From Mobula hypostoma (taxonomy: Eukaryota): DNA of 64,000 nt. A program made the position numbers and the translations under genes. Below are positions 12,681-25,630 of this stretch, piece after piece; positions within the stretch are counted from its first letter, which is position 1, and each line of letters opens with the position of its first letter. The stretch lies in NCBI RefSeq assembly GCF_963921235.1, contig NC_086097.1, forward strand, positions 184,824,001 through 184,888,000, read 5' to 3'. The notes under the pieces were generated by a model that saw only the letters and a program-made list of their open reading frames with translations, was not told the DNA's origin and did no database searches.

Positions 12681-14518
12681 TGAGAGGAAGCAGGGAGACA
12701 GCCAGCAGTGGTAAATCTGGGTTAGAAGATGATTGAAAAGTAGAAGATCTGAAGAAGAAGATTTTGTTTTCAAAGTGGAAATATTTAAAGAGTAGAACAG
12801 CACAAAGGCAGGCATGCTGATTGTTGGCAGGGAGGCAGTAGACTGGCAGTGTTTAAGGGATTTCAACCAATATGCAGATATTTGAGAGAGGGATTGTAAA
12901 AACAATAATAATCTTGAAAAGGACTGGAGATCAGAATCAGGTTTATTATCACTGGCATGTGACGTGAAATTTGTTAGCTTAGCAGCAGTAGTTCAATTCA
13001 ATACAGGTTTCCCCCGCCATCCAAAGGTAGAGCGTTCCTATGAAACGGTTCGTAAGCCGAAATGTCGTAAAACAAAGAAGTAATTACCATTTATTTACAT
13101 GGGAAAATTTTGTGAGCGTTCGCAGACCCAAAAATAACCTACCAAATCATGCCAAATAACACATAAAACCTAAAATAACAGTAACATATAGTAAAAGTAG
13201 GATATGATAAATACACAGCCTATATAAAGTAGAAATACTTTTCCACAATCATTGCCGCACTGTTCTCCGTAGCCAAAATCTCACGCAAGCGCCGTTGGCA
13301 GAAAATCTCACGCAAGCACTGTTGGCAAGAACACTCTCTCCAGTAACCTTTAAACTATGAAGCTGCCAAATCATACGAAATAACACGTAAAAATACACAG
13401 CCTATATAAAGTAGAAATAATGTATGTACAGTGTAGTATCACTTACCGGAATTGGGACAGCGCCGAGCACACTGATGATGGTGTGTTAGGCTGAGTCGGA
13501 GTTCGGGTGGTGCAGTGGCCCCCCACCCTCCAGGCCGCCGAGTGATACATTGCCGCGAAGTATGCAGGGGTCCAGCGGTAGCTGGGAGGCACACAGCACA
13601 TTTTTAAGAAAAAAGCCGAAATAAACAAGCTAATTAATTAGGTGCCGCCCGACACGTAATTGTTGGCCCAGATCAGTGTCAATTTCCGATTGCATCATCT
13701 CTGATATGGGCCGACAATTACGTGTTGGCGGCACCTAATTAATTAGCATGTTTATTTCGGATTTTTTCTTAAACATGTGCTGTGTGCGTCCCAGCTACCG
13801 TTGCATTTTCCGCGAATCGGTATCTGTCCGTAGCCTGGGGGTTGGGATGGTGGGACACTGGTGTGTCATCTGTCCCTTTCCATTAGAGCAGGCAGCTCAT
13901 CTTCTTCTATCTCTGCCCGCCTCGATGTCGAAGGTCGAGGTTCGCCGTCTGCTGTGGCTGATGTGGAAGGCTTGCTTGACTGCTGAGCCTCGCGCATTTT
14001 TCTATCACACAGGTCTTTGTAAGCACTCAAACCATCCTGCAAATATCCCCTAAACCGACGTACCCTTTCAAAATTAAAGTCATACTTTATCATTACTCAT
14101 TCAGTTTCGATTGTTATCCTTTTTTCTTCCAATTGCATCAGCTCTTCATCTGTCAGTTCTTGGTGATGGGATGCCAAAACCTCTTCAACATCATCTTCAT
14201 CAACTTCCACAGGCCAAACTCACATTGTCGTTACTTCGTTCACCACGATCAAAACACTTAATTATGTCTAGTTTTACCCTAAGTATAACACCCTTACGAG
14301 CTCTTTCAGGCTTTTCCAACACCTTAGAACTCATCTTGCAAACGGCTGCTCACAGGCACGTGTTTCAGCAATGCCAGTGAGAATGCCATTCCGAATCCAG
14401 GGTAGAGCGGCTGCTCGGGGCACGTGCTGCTTTTTATCACACGCTGATTTTTTATCGCATGCTGAATTTTTTTTTGTAACAGTGAAAACACCTTCTGAAA
14501 GCGAAAACAGGGTACTAA

Positions 14519-15844
14519 AACAACAGGAATTCTGCAGATGCTGGAAATTCAAACAACATACATCAAAGTTGCTGGTGAACGCAGCAGGCCAAGCAGCATC
14601 TGTAGGAAGAGGTGCAGTCGACGTTTCAGACCGAGACCCTTCGTCAGGACTAACTGAAGGAAGAGTGAGTAAGGGATTTGAAAGCTGGAGGGGGAGGGGG
14701 AGATCCAAAATGATAGGAGAAGACAGGAGGGAGAGGGATGGAGCCAAGAGCTGGACAGGTGATAGGCAAAAGGGGATACCAGAGGATCATGGGACAGGAG
14801 GTCCGGGAAGACAAGGAGTGGGGGGTGACCCAGAGGATGGGCAAGAGGTATATTCAGAGGGACAGAGGGAAAAAAAGGAGAGTGAGAGAAAGAATGTGTG
14901 CATAAAAATGAGTAACAGATGGGGTACGAGGGGGAGGTGGGGCCTTAGCGGAAGTTAGAGAAGTCGATGTTCATGCCATCAGGTTGGAGGCTACCCAGAC
15001 GGAATATAAGGTGTTGTTCCTCCAACCTGAGTGTGGCTTCATCTTTACAGTAGAGGAGGCCATGGATAGACATGTCAGAATGGGAATGGGATGTGGAATT
15101 AAAATGTGTGGCCACTGGGAGATCCTGCTTTCTCTGGCGGACAGAGCGTAGATGTTCAGCAAAGCGGTCTCCCAGTCTACGTCAGGTCTCACCAATATAT
15201 AAAAGGCCACATCGGGAGCACCGGACGCAGTATATCACCCCAGTCGACTCACAGGTGAAGTGATGCCTCACCTGGAAGGACTGTTTGGGGCCCTGAATGG
15301 TGGTAAGGGAGGAAGTGTAAGGGCATGTGTAGCACTTGTTCCGCTTACACGGATAAGTGCCAGGAGGGAGATCAGTGGGGAGGGATGGGGGGGACGAATG
15401 GACAAGGGAGTTGTGTAGGGAGCGATCCCTGCGGAATGCAGAGAGAGCGGGGGAGGGAAAGATGTGCTTAGTGGTGGGATCCCGTTGGAGGTGGCGGAAG
15501 TTACGGAGAATAATATGTTGGACCCGGAGGCTGGTGGGGTGGTAGGTGAGGACCAGGGGAACCCTATTCCTAGTGGGGTGGTGGGAGGATGGAGTGAGAG
15601 CAGATGTACGTGAAATGGGGGAGATGCGTTTAAGAGCAGAGTTGATAGTGGAGGAAGGGAAGCCCCTTTCTTTAAAAAAGGAAGACATCTCCCTCGTCCT
15701 AGAATGAAAAGCCTCATCCTGAGAGCAGATGCGGCGGAGACGGAGGAATTGCGAGAAGGGGATGGCGTTTTTGCAAGAGACAGGGTGAGAAGAGGAATAG
15801 TCCAGATAGCAGTGAGTCAGTAGGCTTATAGTAGACATCAGTGG
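14519..15844 (-). mobile_element. 5'-truncated Penelope-like retroelement (RT C-terminus/thumb + GIY-YIG endonuclease + 3' terminal repeat)
   Basis: TDVYYKPTD, YLDYSSSHPVSCKNAIPFSQFLRLRRICS, RGFP, CKRNKCYTC, FTCESTGVIYCVRCSRCGLLYIGET, RFAEH, HFN, LGSLQPDGMNIDF; few lesions. Confidence 0.92.
14615..14652 (-). ncRNA. Minimal type-I hammerhead ribozyme motif in PLE terminal repeat
   Basis: Minus strand TAGTC-CTGACGA-AGGGTCTCGGTCT-GAAAC-GTC-GACTG: intact core, stem I TAGTC/GACTG, weak stem II. Confidence 0.7.
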
Positions 15845-18387
15845 AATGTAGGTCTTTCGTAACAGTGAGATTTCGTAAAGCGAACGTTCGAAAAGTGGGG
15901 GACACCTGGTATGTAATAGCAAAGAGAAAAAAAATAATAAAATAATAATAATAATTAATTAATTAGTAAATCAATTACAGTATATGTATATTGAATAGAT
16001 TTTAAAACATGCAAATAAAATAGAAATACTGTATATTAGAAAAAAAGTGAGGTGGTGTTCAAAGGTTCAATGTTCATTTAGGAATTGGATGGCAGAGGGG
16101 AAGAAGCTGTTCCTGAATTGCTGAGTGTGTGCCTTCAGGCTTCTGTCCCTCCTACCTGATGGTAATAGTGAGAAAATGGCTTGCCATGGGTGCTGGAGGT
16201 CCTTAATAATGGACACTGCCTTTCTGATTCACTGTTCCCTGAAGATGTCCTGGGTACTTTGTAGGATAGTACCCAGGATGGAGCTGACTAGATTTACAAC
16301 TTTCTTCAGCTTCTTTTGGTCTTGTGCAGTACACCCCCGGACCCCTTATCAGATAGTAATGCAGCCAGTCAGAATGCTATCTACAGTAAATCTATAGAAG
16401 TTTTTGAGAGTATTTGTTGACATGCCAAATCTCTTCAAACTCCCAATAGCTGCTGTCTTGCTTTATTTATAACTACATCGATATGTTGGGACCAGGTTAG
16501 ATCCTCAGAGATTTTGACACCCAGGAACTTGAAACTGCTCACTCTCTCCACTTCTGATCCCTCTGTGAGGATTGGTATGTGTTCCTTTGTGTTACCCTTC
16601 CTGAAGACCACTATCAGCTCTTTCATCTTACTGAAGTTGAGTGCCAAGTTGTTGCTGTGACACCACTCCACTAGTTGGCATATCTCACTCCTGTACACCC
16701 TCTTGTCACCACCTGAGATTCTACCAACAATGGTTGTATCATCAGCAAATTTATAGGTGGTATTTAAGCTGCACCTAACCACACAGTCATATGTACATAG
16801 GGAGTAGAGTATTGGGCTAAGTACACACCCCTGAAGTGCACCAGGTTTGATTGTCAGCAAGGAGAATGTGTTATCACCAATCCACACAGATTGTGGTCTT
16901 CCGATTAGGAAGTTGAAGATCCAATTGCAGAGGGAGGTGCAGAGGCCCAGGTTCTACAACTTCTCAATCAGGATTGTGGGAATGATGGTATTAAATGCTG
17001 AGCTATAGTCGATGAACAGCATCCTGACATAGGTGTTTGTGTTTTACAGGTGGTGTAAAGTTGTGTGGAGAGCCATTGACCTATTGTGGTAATAGGCAAA
17101 TTGCAATGGGTCCAGGTCCTTGCTGAGGCAGGAGTTCATTATTGATGGAGTCATTTCTACTTGCTATTTGTTCATAAGTTCATAGATATACAAGTGAGAG
17201 AGAAGAACTTCTCATGAAAAAATTTGGGAACAGCTTGGAAAAATTTGGATCTAATGGCTATCAACCATTAGTGTTTTCACTGGTTCCTGAAAATCTAATG
17301 AAATGTTTTCCTTACATGCTGTAGCAATGATTATGCACTTTCCTATCTGTGAACTTGCAAATATTGTTTCTGTTAAGATTTATATATACCGTAATGCAAA
17401 CACAGTATTTTCAACTGACCTTAGAGCAGTGACATTACTTATTTCTTAATTCCAACATATCTTTGAGCTTTACACTAGCTATTTATTTTTGTTCAATTCT
17501 TTTCAGTGGATTTTCTCCCTATTACCCAGAATCTACTCAATATCTGTATATACAATATCCAATTCCTAATCCAATCATCATGACAGTGAGCCTTGAGACC
17601 ACATATTGTCAGTGAAGTATTGCATTAGCACCAGGTAGATTTTATGTTTCATGTGGTGAACTGAAACTAAGCACATTTCTTTGAAACTGAACACATTTTC
17701 AAACTAGTAATGAGTTTCTAAGTCTAAAGACACACTTTTTACTTTTTTATAGAACAATAATTTCTCATAGGCTCATGTATGAAAAACAATGCAGGTGTAA
17801 CTGATAAACTCATAGTTTACATTTCACAACTAAAATTCCTGGTAAACTGGTTCACACTTTTAAACTATATTGATTGCCATTAACTCACATATTCTGGGCC
17901 TGAGTGAGAAAGCACAGATCATTTTAAGAGAATGCACCAGCACTTTGGAATTCCACTGTGATAACTGATTTGTTTGATATGGAGCAGAAGGTTCTTATAT
18001 GTTCACATTGCTGAGGTATGTGTAACAGTATGTGTTGACATTCTGGTGTTAGAATGATCCATCTTCTTATAACTTGCCAAAATGTTAAAGTTAAATGTTG
18101 AAGGTGTATGAAATTGATTTTCCTTTTGAAAAATTATAATCAGCACGATTCAGTGTGTTTTCGCCTTAGGAAAAGCTATAAGAGAAATATTATTAATAAA
18201 AATTAAGGGAGAGTCTCAGTCTCAATTTATACCCTTCTGGTTTGAAAAAAAGCTAAAAACTTAAATGTTCTCATCTTTGCCAATATTTTATTTCCATTGG
18301 ATTGGCCAAAAAATTTAGACCTATCACACAAAAAAGAAATGTTATCTTTTATTTTACAAAATATAGCCTGTTTTGTAGATTCTACTG

Positions 18388-19106
18388 GTAAGATGATGGT
18401 GCAACAGCTTCTACAGGGTCAACCACAGGTGTCATTGTCTTTTTTAACCATATTTTTTATGGTTGCAAGACCCTGACTGACATTAAGAACATGAAGTACT
18501 ATAGGTCTATCTCATCAGGAAGCTGCTTGTTGGTGGAGAAACTGAAAGAACTGGTTTTGATGCGGACTGTGATGCTGCCGATGACAATGAGGCATCGGTG
18601 CACAAAGGAGATATGCAGTTAAACAGTAAGCGATAGTTTTAGTCCAAGACCCTATCGGACCTTGGTGGTGTGGAATGTTGCAAGTCCAATTCATTGATTT
18701 ATTGGCGAAAGGTGGGGAAGCTGTGTGGCCTCAGTTAAAGTGAGGACTAGGCCTCCTGTTTAGAGCCACCAGGCGGAGCTGGCACATTCGGGCCCTCCAC
18801 CAGAGTGTCAGAGGCAGTGTGGTAGAACATCCATGCTGGAGTTGCTGCTGCTGTCCTGTGTTTGCTTGGCAGAAGACAAGATGTATCATGTTCAACTGCT
18901 TGCTGCAACATTCATGGATTCAGGGACATGGACTATTTTTTCTCGTCAGATTGTACTTTACTGCTATCTTATATGAGCTGTTTGTGCTTTGCGCTGTGTA
19001 TGACTGCTGGCATTGTATTTTGGATTTTGGCCCCTGGAGTAATGCTGTATTTGGGTGTATTCATGGGCATTCATGTATGGTTGAATGACAAATAAACTTG
19101 AACTTT
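18388..19106 (+). mobile_element. Decayed non-autonomous retroposon-like repeat, family unassigned
   Basis: Starts AAGATGATGG, has a GC-richer body than the flanks, and ends AATAAACTTGAACTT, a tail type also seen at 24835-24857 and 35815-35838. Confidence 0.4.
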
Positions 19107-19949
19107 AAATGTTTTGCCTTCTTCCAACCAGAGGAAGTTTTCAATTATTCACCTATGTATCTAAAGCAGTCGATACAGGAGATTATGGATTTATTTAGTA
19201 TGCCCATAAAAAAATTGAATTTCAAGGTTGTATTTGGTGACATAAATGTATTTTGATAATAAATTTGAACTTTTGAATTTTGATAAGTCACTACTAATGT
19301 TTGCTCGATGGAGTGAGCCATTGTCCTTCTATCTGCTCAAGGAACAGACAGATAGAAAATATTGCAAGCATCGATTTGCACTTTGCTTGACTCCTTCAGG
19401 TTCAAAGTGCACCTGATGACAAAGCAGTGAGATTGTTTGAAATAGTAGAACTGGGGCACAGAGCATGAACAGATTTCCCCTTTTCCACCCTATTTATCAT
19501 CATTCCCTGTGTGGAAGGTGGAATTAAACATTTTCTTCAATCTTTCAATGTTTTAGCTCATGACATGAGAGTATTTTACTTATTTTGTATAGACATCGTG
19601 CACTTCTGGAAATACAATCCAGGTTCTCAGTGTCATGTGCAATCTCATTTGTGCAGAGATTATTGGGCATATGACCTGGCATTAACTGGTGCATGATACA
19701 AGACTAAAATCACCTGCACAATATTTTGTCATGCATGTGAAGTGTGGAAAAGTAATCAGTTCCAGTGCCACTTGAAAGACCTGTGCCTTTGCGTTCCTGC
19801 CAGAGTTGAAACATTTTCATTCCCTACGTTGGGCTCCTTTATTTTAAATTTCTCAACTGCAATAATCACAACCCAAAATCTTACAGATGGCCTCCACTCT
19901 CTGCCGATGTGCTCATGACCCTATGGCTCTTTTCCCTTCTTTTCCCTGA

Positions 19950-21520
19950 ATCCCAACTGAACTCCTTCATTTTTCCATAACTTTATCAACTTACAAACCA
20001 TTTCTGACACCAATCTTGGACTGTTGTCAGTGTCTTCCTTCCCATACACTTATCTCTCCATATTATCCTAGAGTTTCTACCAGTCACAATCCTGTCTTCA
20101 CTGAGAATATGCTGAGCAACTTCAACGTCCCTCAGCAAGAAGATCTTGGAAGCATTGCTATAACTGTATTGCATGAGAAAATGATGCCATAGCTTCCAGA
20201 ATAGGCTTGAAGCAACTATGAAAGAACTAAGGGAAAAAATGTCCTTGGCTTCCTATCCATGAACCTATCTATTGTAGATGTTTTTGTTCCTGGCAATAGT
20301 GTTAGGAGTGACTATGAACTGTCCTTGGGAAGACGTCAAATCTTCACACTGAGGATACACTCCATTGTTTTGTATTCCACATTCTCCATAATATATATTG
20401 GATAGATTCAGAAGATACCTGGCAGCTCAAAACTGGATATCTATGAGGTACAGTGGCTATTAGAATTCATGCAAGAGGTACCTTCAGGGCACTCTAACAT
20501 TATCTTGAAGTGGGATGACAAATTTTTAATTGACTGAGAGGCAGAGTGCAGCAGGAATGGGGCCAGTCATAGCAATGTCAGGATGCCAACACTGGACAAA
20601 GCTAACTAGCTCCAGAATTAAGAGGTTAAAGTGTTTCAGCTCTGCTACAAGCATTTGGGCACAGTGGTAAACAATTAAGTATCCACGAGGAGGAGGCTCC
20701 CAGGAACATCCCTATCTCGGTGGCTGTAGAAACCAAAACTTACAAAAAAAAAGTCTGATTATTTATAACTGCCTTCATCCAAAAGTGCTGAACAGATCAT
20801 CCATCTTAGCCTCCTGCTGAGCATTAGTATTATCACAGAAGCCACTTTCCTGCCAATTCAATTTACTTCACATGATGTCAAGAAATGCTTGAGTGCACTG
20901 GAGACAGCAGAGTCAGTAGATCCCAGCAACATCCTGGCTTAGTGCTAAAGATTTCCACTTCAGAACCAGATGTAGCTCTAATCAGGTTCTTTCAGCATAG
21001 CAATAGCATTGGTATCCACTTGCCTGTATACAAAGTTTTCCCAGGTATGCCCTGTTCACTAAACTGGGACAAATCCTATTCAGTTTATCACCATCTCTCT
21101 GTCATTAACTCTACAATCTAGTCATCAGCAAAGTGATGGAAGCTTTTGTTGGTCCTGTTATCACTCACCACTTAATTACTTACTAAATCTTGGTCACTGT
21201 CGCTCTGTTTGTGATCTCGAAGGTACATTTGATAATATACGTTATTACAGCCCTGATACAGACCTAAAGAAAATTATTGAATTTCAAAGGTGAGGTGAGA
21301 ATAATTACTATTCACATCAAGGCAGTAATTGAATTAGTGTGGTAACAAGACCTAGTAAAATTAGAATTGATGGGAATAAAAGAGGAGGCTCATTTCTGAA
21401 TGAAGTGATATGAAAATCAAAGGGAAATAATTGTGATTGCCGGAGGCCATTTGTCGCAGTCAAATGATGTTGTTGCTGGAGCCTCTCAGAACGTTGTCCT
21501 GGGCCCAGCCATCTCCATCT
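19950..21520 (+). mobile_element. Ancient decayed non-LTR retrotransposon (same type as 5960-7290)
   Basis: Remnants HPGLVLKISTSEPD..LIRFFQHS, IISKVMEAFV, VVAGASQNVVLGPAISI (RT G.PQG.VLGP motif). Confidence 0.55.
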
Positions 21521-21854
21521 CCTTCTATGACTTTTCAATGACTGGATTTTTGTTTACCTTACATGCACTGTCTATAAGTAGCTCATATATTCTCTTGGCT
21601 GTGGGAGGTTTCCTCCCACATTCCAAAAGCATAGAGTTAATGTTAGTGAGTTTTGCACATGTTGGCACTGGAAACGTGGTGAAACTTCCAGGCTGCTCAT
21701 AGTACATCATATAAAGAGAACAGTGATGAAAAAAATGAACTTTACTGTATGTTTTGATGTACATGTGACAATAAAGCTGACCGTTTCTTTATTTTTAAAA
21801 TAATATGAAGTTTCCCTCTAGTTACTTATTGGTAGAAATAAGCTATTAATTATA

Positions 21855-22402
21855 CACTCAGCCATCACTTTAGACAGAAACTCCTGTACTGAGTAAAGTG
21901 GCCACTGAGTGGTTGTTTATGGCCTTCTGATGTTGTAGCCTATCCACTTCAAGCTTCGATGTGCTTTGTGTTCAGAGATGCTCTTCTGCACACCGCTGGT
22001 GAAACATGTGGTTATCTGAGTTACTGCCACCTTCCAGTCTGGCCATTCTCCTCTCACCTAACAAGGCATTTTCACCCACAGACTTGCGGCTCATTGGATT
22101 TGTTTTGTTTCCCCTGCCATTCTCTGCACAGTCCAGTGACTTTTGCACATGAAAATCTCAGGAGGTCAGCTGTTTCTGAAATACTCAAACCATCACATCT
22201 GGCACACCCACAGTCACTCCATGGTCAAAGTCACCTAGATCACATTTCTACCCCATTCTGACGTTTGATTGGAACAGCAACGTAACTCTTGACCATGTCT
22301 GCAGGATTTCATGCATTGAGTTGCTGCCACATGATAGACTGATTAGATATTTGCATTAACAAACAGGTGTACAGGCGTACCTAATAAAATGGCCACTGAG
22401 TG
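21855..22402 (-). mobile_element. Non-autonomous Tc1-like element
   Basis: TA-flanked TIRs CACTCAG(CCAT)CACTTTA and TAAAATGGCCACTGAGTG; internal minus-strand GLSISETADLL paired-like HTH fragment. Confidence 0.8.
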
Positions 22403-22427
22403 TACATATAAAGAAAAAGCACTGAAT

Positions 22428-22545
22428 GCTGATGCAGAGTTTCATCCCAAAACATCAACAGCTCTTTGCCTTCCACAAATGCTGCATGACTCTCTGAGTT
22501 CTCCCAGCAGATTATTTGTTGCTCCAGATTCAAGCATCTGCACTC
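22428..22545 (+). mobile_element. Short decayed PLE 3' remnant with eroded hammerhead motif
   Basis: CTGATGCAGAGTTTCATCCCAAAACATCAAC..., ending TTGCTCCAGATTCAAGCATCTGCA. Confidence 0.55.
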
Positions 22546-23399
22546 TCAAATCTCCAGCTTATTGATAGATATTATTAGTGGATTAATATGAAAGTATTGT
22601 TTACTTTTTCTTATATATAATTAATATATTTTATAAATTTTAGATATTCAAACTGCTTACACCAGTTACATGCTGTGTTAAGAACTACTGTATTATAATA
22701 ACGTAGCACAGAAACAGGATCTTTGCTCTCTACTAATTAACACCTTTTACATTAGTGGTGTAATCCTACACCAATCCTATTTTATTCTTCCCACATTCCC
22801 ATAAATTCCCTCATAGATTCTACCATGTATCTACATACCAGTAGCCAATTGACCTATCAACCAATTGTCTTAGTTCGGGTAGAAGGGCCGCCAATTAGAT
22901 TAAGGCTTGCATGTTGCTGGGCTTTGCTCTGTAATGAAATCCCCAAGTAGTCCTGAAAGAATTGGTTTGACCTATTTCTTTTAAGATCACAGTGATATAA
23001 AAGAAATTGATACATTTCATTGTTCCCATGTGCCTGAATGATTATCAGAGATGCTTATTAAGCTCTGTCAAGATGGGATATCATCTTATCAGGTTTCACC
23101 TGCTGGCCTAAGCCAGATACTTGGTCTTGATCCCTAAAAAGATTTTAAAAAGTGTCAAAACTGTAACTTCATTTTCATGACTTAAGCAACTCCAATCCAG
23201 ATCTGGCACAGAATATCTGAGCTTCCATTTTATGAAGCTGAGAGTTATAAACTCAGAGAAACAGGCCTTTTGGCTAACCCTGTCAATGCCAACTATCAAG
23301 AATCCCCAGTTATACTAACCTCATTTAATAGAATTTGGTCCATCACCTATTACATCTTGAGGCCTCTCCAGATACTTCTTCAATGTTGCAAGAATGCTT

Positions 23400-23650
23400 G
23401 TATTTATTTATTTATTTATTTTTAGCGGTATAGCACAGTAACAGGCCCTTTTGGCTGCCTAATTTCACTCATGATGCTGATTAACCTATTAACCCATTTG
23501 TCTTTAGACTGTGGGAGGAAACCGGAGATCCCAGAGGAAGCTCACCAGTCACAGGAGTAGCATACAAACTCCATACAGAGAGCAGCAGAATTGAACCAGG
23601 TTTCTCGCACTGTAACAGTGTTACGCAAACTGCTACACTGCCATGTTGCG
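23400..23650 (-). mobile_element. tRNA-derived V-SINE/HE1-like SINE
   Basis: Antisense core GACTGTGGGAGGAAACCGGAG..GAGGAA, B-box-like GGTTCAATTC on minus strand, (TTTA)n tail. Confidence 0.75.
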
Positions 23651-24059
23651 CTTTCTCAATATCTTTACCTTAAGCTTATGCCCCTGTGTTTTAGACACTA
23701 TGCTATTTGGGAAAAATTTCTTACTATCAGATCTCTCTGTGTCTCCAAACTTTGTGTACCTCTTTCCAGTCCCCCCTTACCTTCCAGTAGCAGTGTTATA
23801 CTATATTATCCCACTCTTCAATTAAGGACTGTCTGTCAGAGTGGAGGCTTTTGGTGACTCCGTTCCTTGTGCACTACACAGATCACAGGCTCACGGAGTT
23901 TGGATCAAAGAAAGAGGAACTGCAGAGGCAGTAGGTCATCTGAGCCTTCTGTATCTTTAAATCTTGTAGCTATTAAATTATATAATCAGATGTAGAATGA
24001 TTTAATCATGTATGACTGAGGGAAGTGAAAAACTTCATTTTTGCATGCCATCTATTACA

Positions 24060-24430
24060 GTTCGTTTTATTACAACAGAGCATTGCAGTCGTTCAAGGGC
24101 AAACAACAAAAATATACACAATAAAGTGCTGTAGTTGCAAATAAAGTGCAGTACAGTAAGATGCAAGGTCATAACAAGTTCGATTGCGAGGTCAACAATC
24201 CATCTTATTGTACCAGGGAATAGAAGATGTCCTTGAGCCTGGTGACACGTGCTTTCAGGTTTTTGTCTCTTCTACCTGATGGGAGTGAGGTGTGGAGAGG
24301 GAGAGAACCGAGAATATCTGGGGTGGGTGGGTCTTTGATTATGTTACCTGAATTTTCTGAGGTAACAAGAAGTGTAGTCAGAATCCAAGGACGGGAGGCT
24401 GGTTTCTGTGTTGTGCTGAACTGTGTCCAG
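24060..24430 (-). mobile_element. Rex1/Babar-type 3' fragment
   Basis: Similar to 2372-2715 (GCTTTCAGG.TTTTG.., GGGTGG..GTCTTTGATTATG); ORF remnant LPSGRR.K.LKAR.TRLKD.FY. Confidence 0.75.
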
Positions 24431-25284
24431 AACAGGCCATAAATTGTCTGGATATCAAATTTGTTGGCAATTATGCAAAATAACAAGGCAAGATCTAACC
24501 AAATTCTATAAAAACATCTCAGGGAATTTTAGGAATAAAAATATAATACATTTTCCCTGTCTGTAAATACTAAGAAATTCTGCAACTTCAAAAAAGATTT
24601 TAAATCAAATAAATGAACTGAACAGAACTAAACTGAATACCCCTGGACTCCTGGTTTAATGTTGATATTCTATGAGTAGTTCGCTTGCTTTTTGCTATTC
24701 GTGCAATTTGTTCTTTTTTCCAATTGTTCGGTGTTTGATGTTTTTCTCAGAATGGGTCCCAATGTGTTTCTTTGTTATGTGGCTGCCTGTGGGAAGATGA
24801 ATCTCAGAGATGTATTCTCTGTACATACTTTGATAATAAATGTACTTTGAACTTTGAAATACAGAATCAATTCAGTTAGCTTTGAAACTTCTCTTTAAAT
24901 AATTTTATTTTTTTTATCAGAAACTGGAAATCTTCTGGCTAACCATGGAGAGCAGTGGTGTGGCATATTACGTTCCATTATTTTTAAAGAATCTGCTTCA
25001 GTTTTCAATTATTTTTGTCCCCTCCCAGTTTGTCTCATTCTTTTACAGAGTAACCAAATGATTTTCACCAAAACTTTTGACAATATTGCTGCAGAGAGAG
25101 CTGCTGAGTTCTGCAGAAGACTTTTTGCTTTATCTTACTTGTTGATTTGGTATTTATTTTCAAGTAAAGCGTTAACACTAACTTCAGCAACTCCAAGTTT
25201 ATTAGTTTTGCTTTTGTAATTGGCAAAGTAACAGAATTGATGATGCAGCATATTATTGTGGAGCATTTGTAACATTTAGGATTA

Positions 25285-25630
25285 CCAAGTGGTGCATCTT
25301 GTAGAGTTGCTATTTTAGACCATCAGTGACCTAAGTTCTATCTTTACCTTGGGCACTGTTTGTGTGGAATTTACATGTTATCTATGTAATTGGGTTTCCT
25401 CTGAGTGTTCTAGTTTCCTCCCACCTCTCAAAGACATACTGGTTGGCCCCTTCATTGGTACCATCATATTCCTGATCATAAGAAGATGAGGAGCAGAATC
25501 TGGGAAGAGTTGATGGGACAGTGGATCGAATAATATAGTAATACTATAGTGTAATATAATGTAAATGGGTGCTTGATGGGCAGTGAGCCAAAGGACTTGT
25601 TTCCTTGATGTACAACTCTATGACTCTGAA
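25285..25630 (+). mobile_element. V-SINE/HE1-like SINE, decayed
   Basis: TGTGTGGAATTTACATGTT..GGGTTTCCTCTGAGTGTTCTAGTTTCCTCCCAC core; CR1-like tail ACTCTATGACTCT. Confidence 0.7.

Larger units (their letters stand above)
13004..15908 (-). mobile_element. Internally deleted Tigger/pogo DNA transposon
   Basis: Imperfect TIRs CAGGTTTCCCCCGC (13004) and reverse complement CAGGTGTCCCCCAC (ending 15908), flanked by TA (13002-3; 15910-1 after one extra G). Minus-strand transposase N-terminus MSSKVLEKPERARKGVILRVKLDIIKCFDRGERS from 14334 is joined to C-terminal EVDEDDVEEVLASHHQELTDEELMQLE and D.NFER..RF..LSAYK. Confidence 0.8.
12930..17138 (-). mobile_element. 5'-truncated Rex1/Babar-type LINE (12930-13003 + 15909-17138), host of a Tigger insertion
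   Basis: ORF 16435-16887: [44 protein letters not shown]. 3' tail ATCAGAATCAGGTTTATT at 12930; sequence continues across the TA insertion site. Confidence 0.88.

Noticed and set aside
14371..14958. 195-aa plus-strand ORF
   Set aside because: Spans the Tigger/PLE junction antisense to the PLE 3' UTR; low complexity, no recognisable domain
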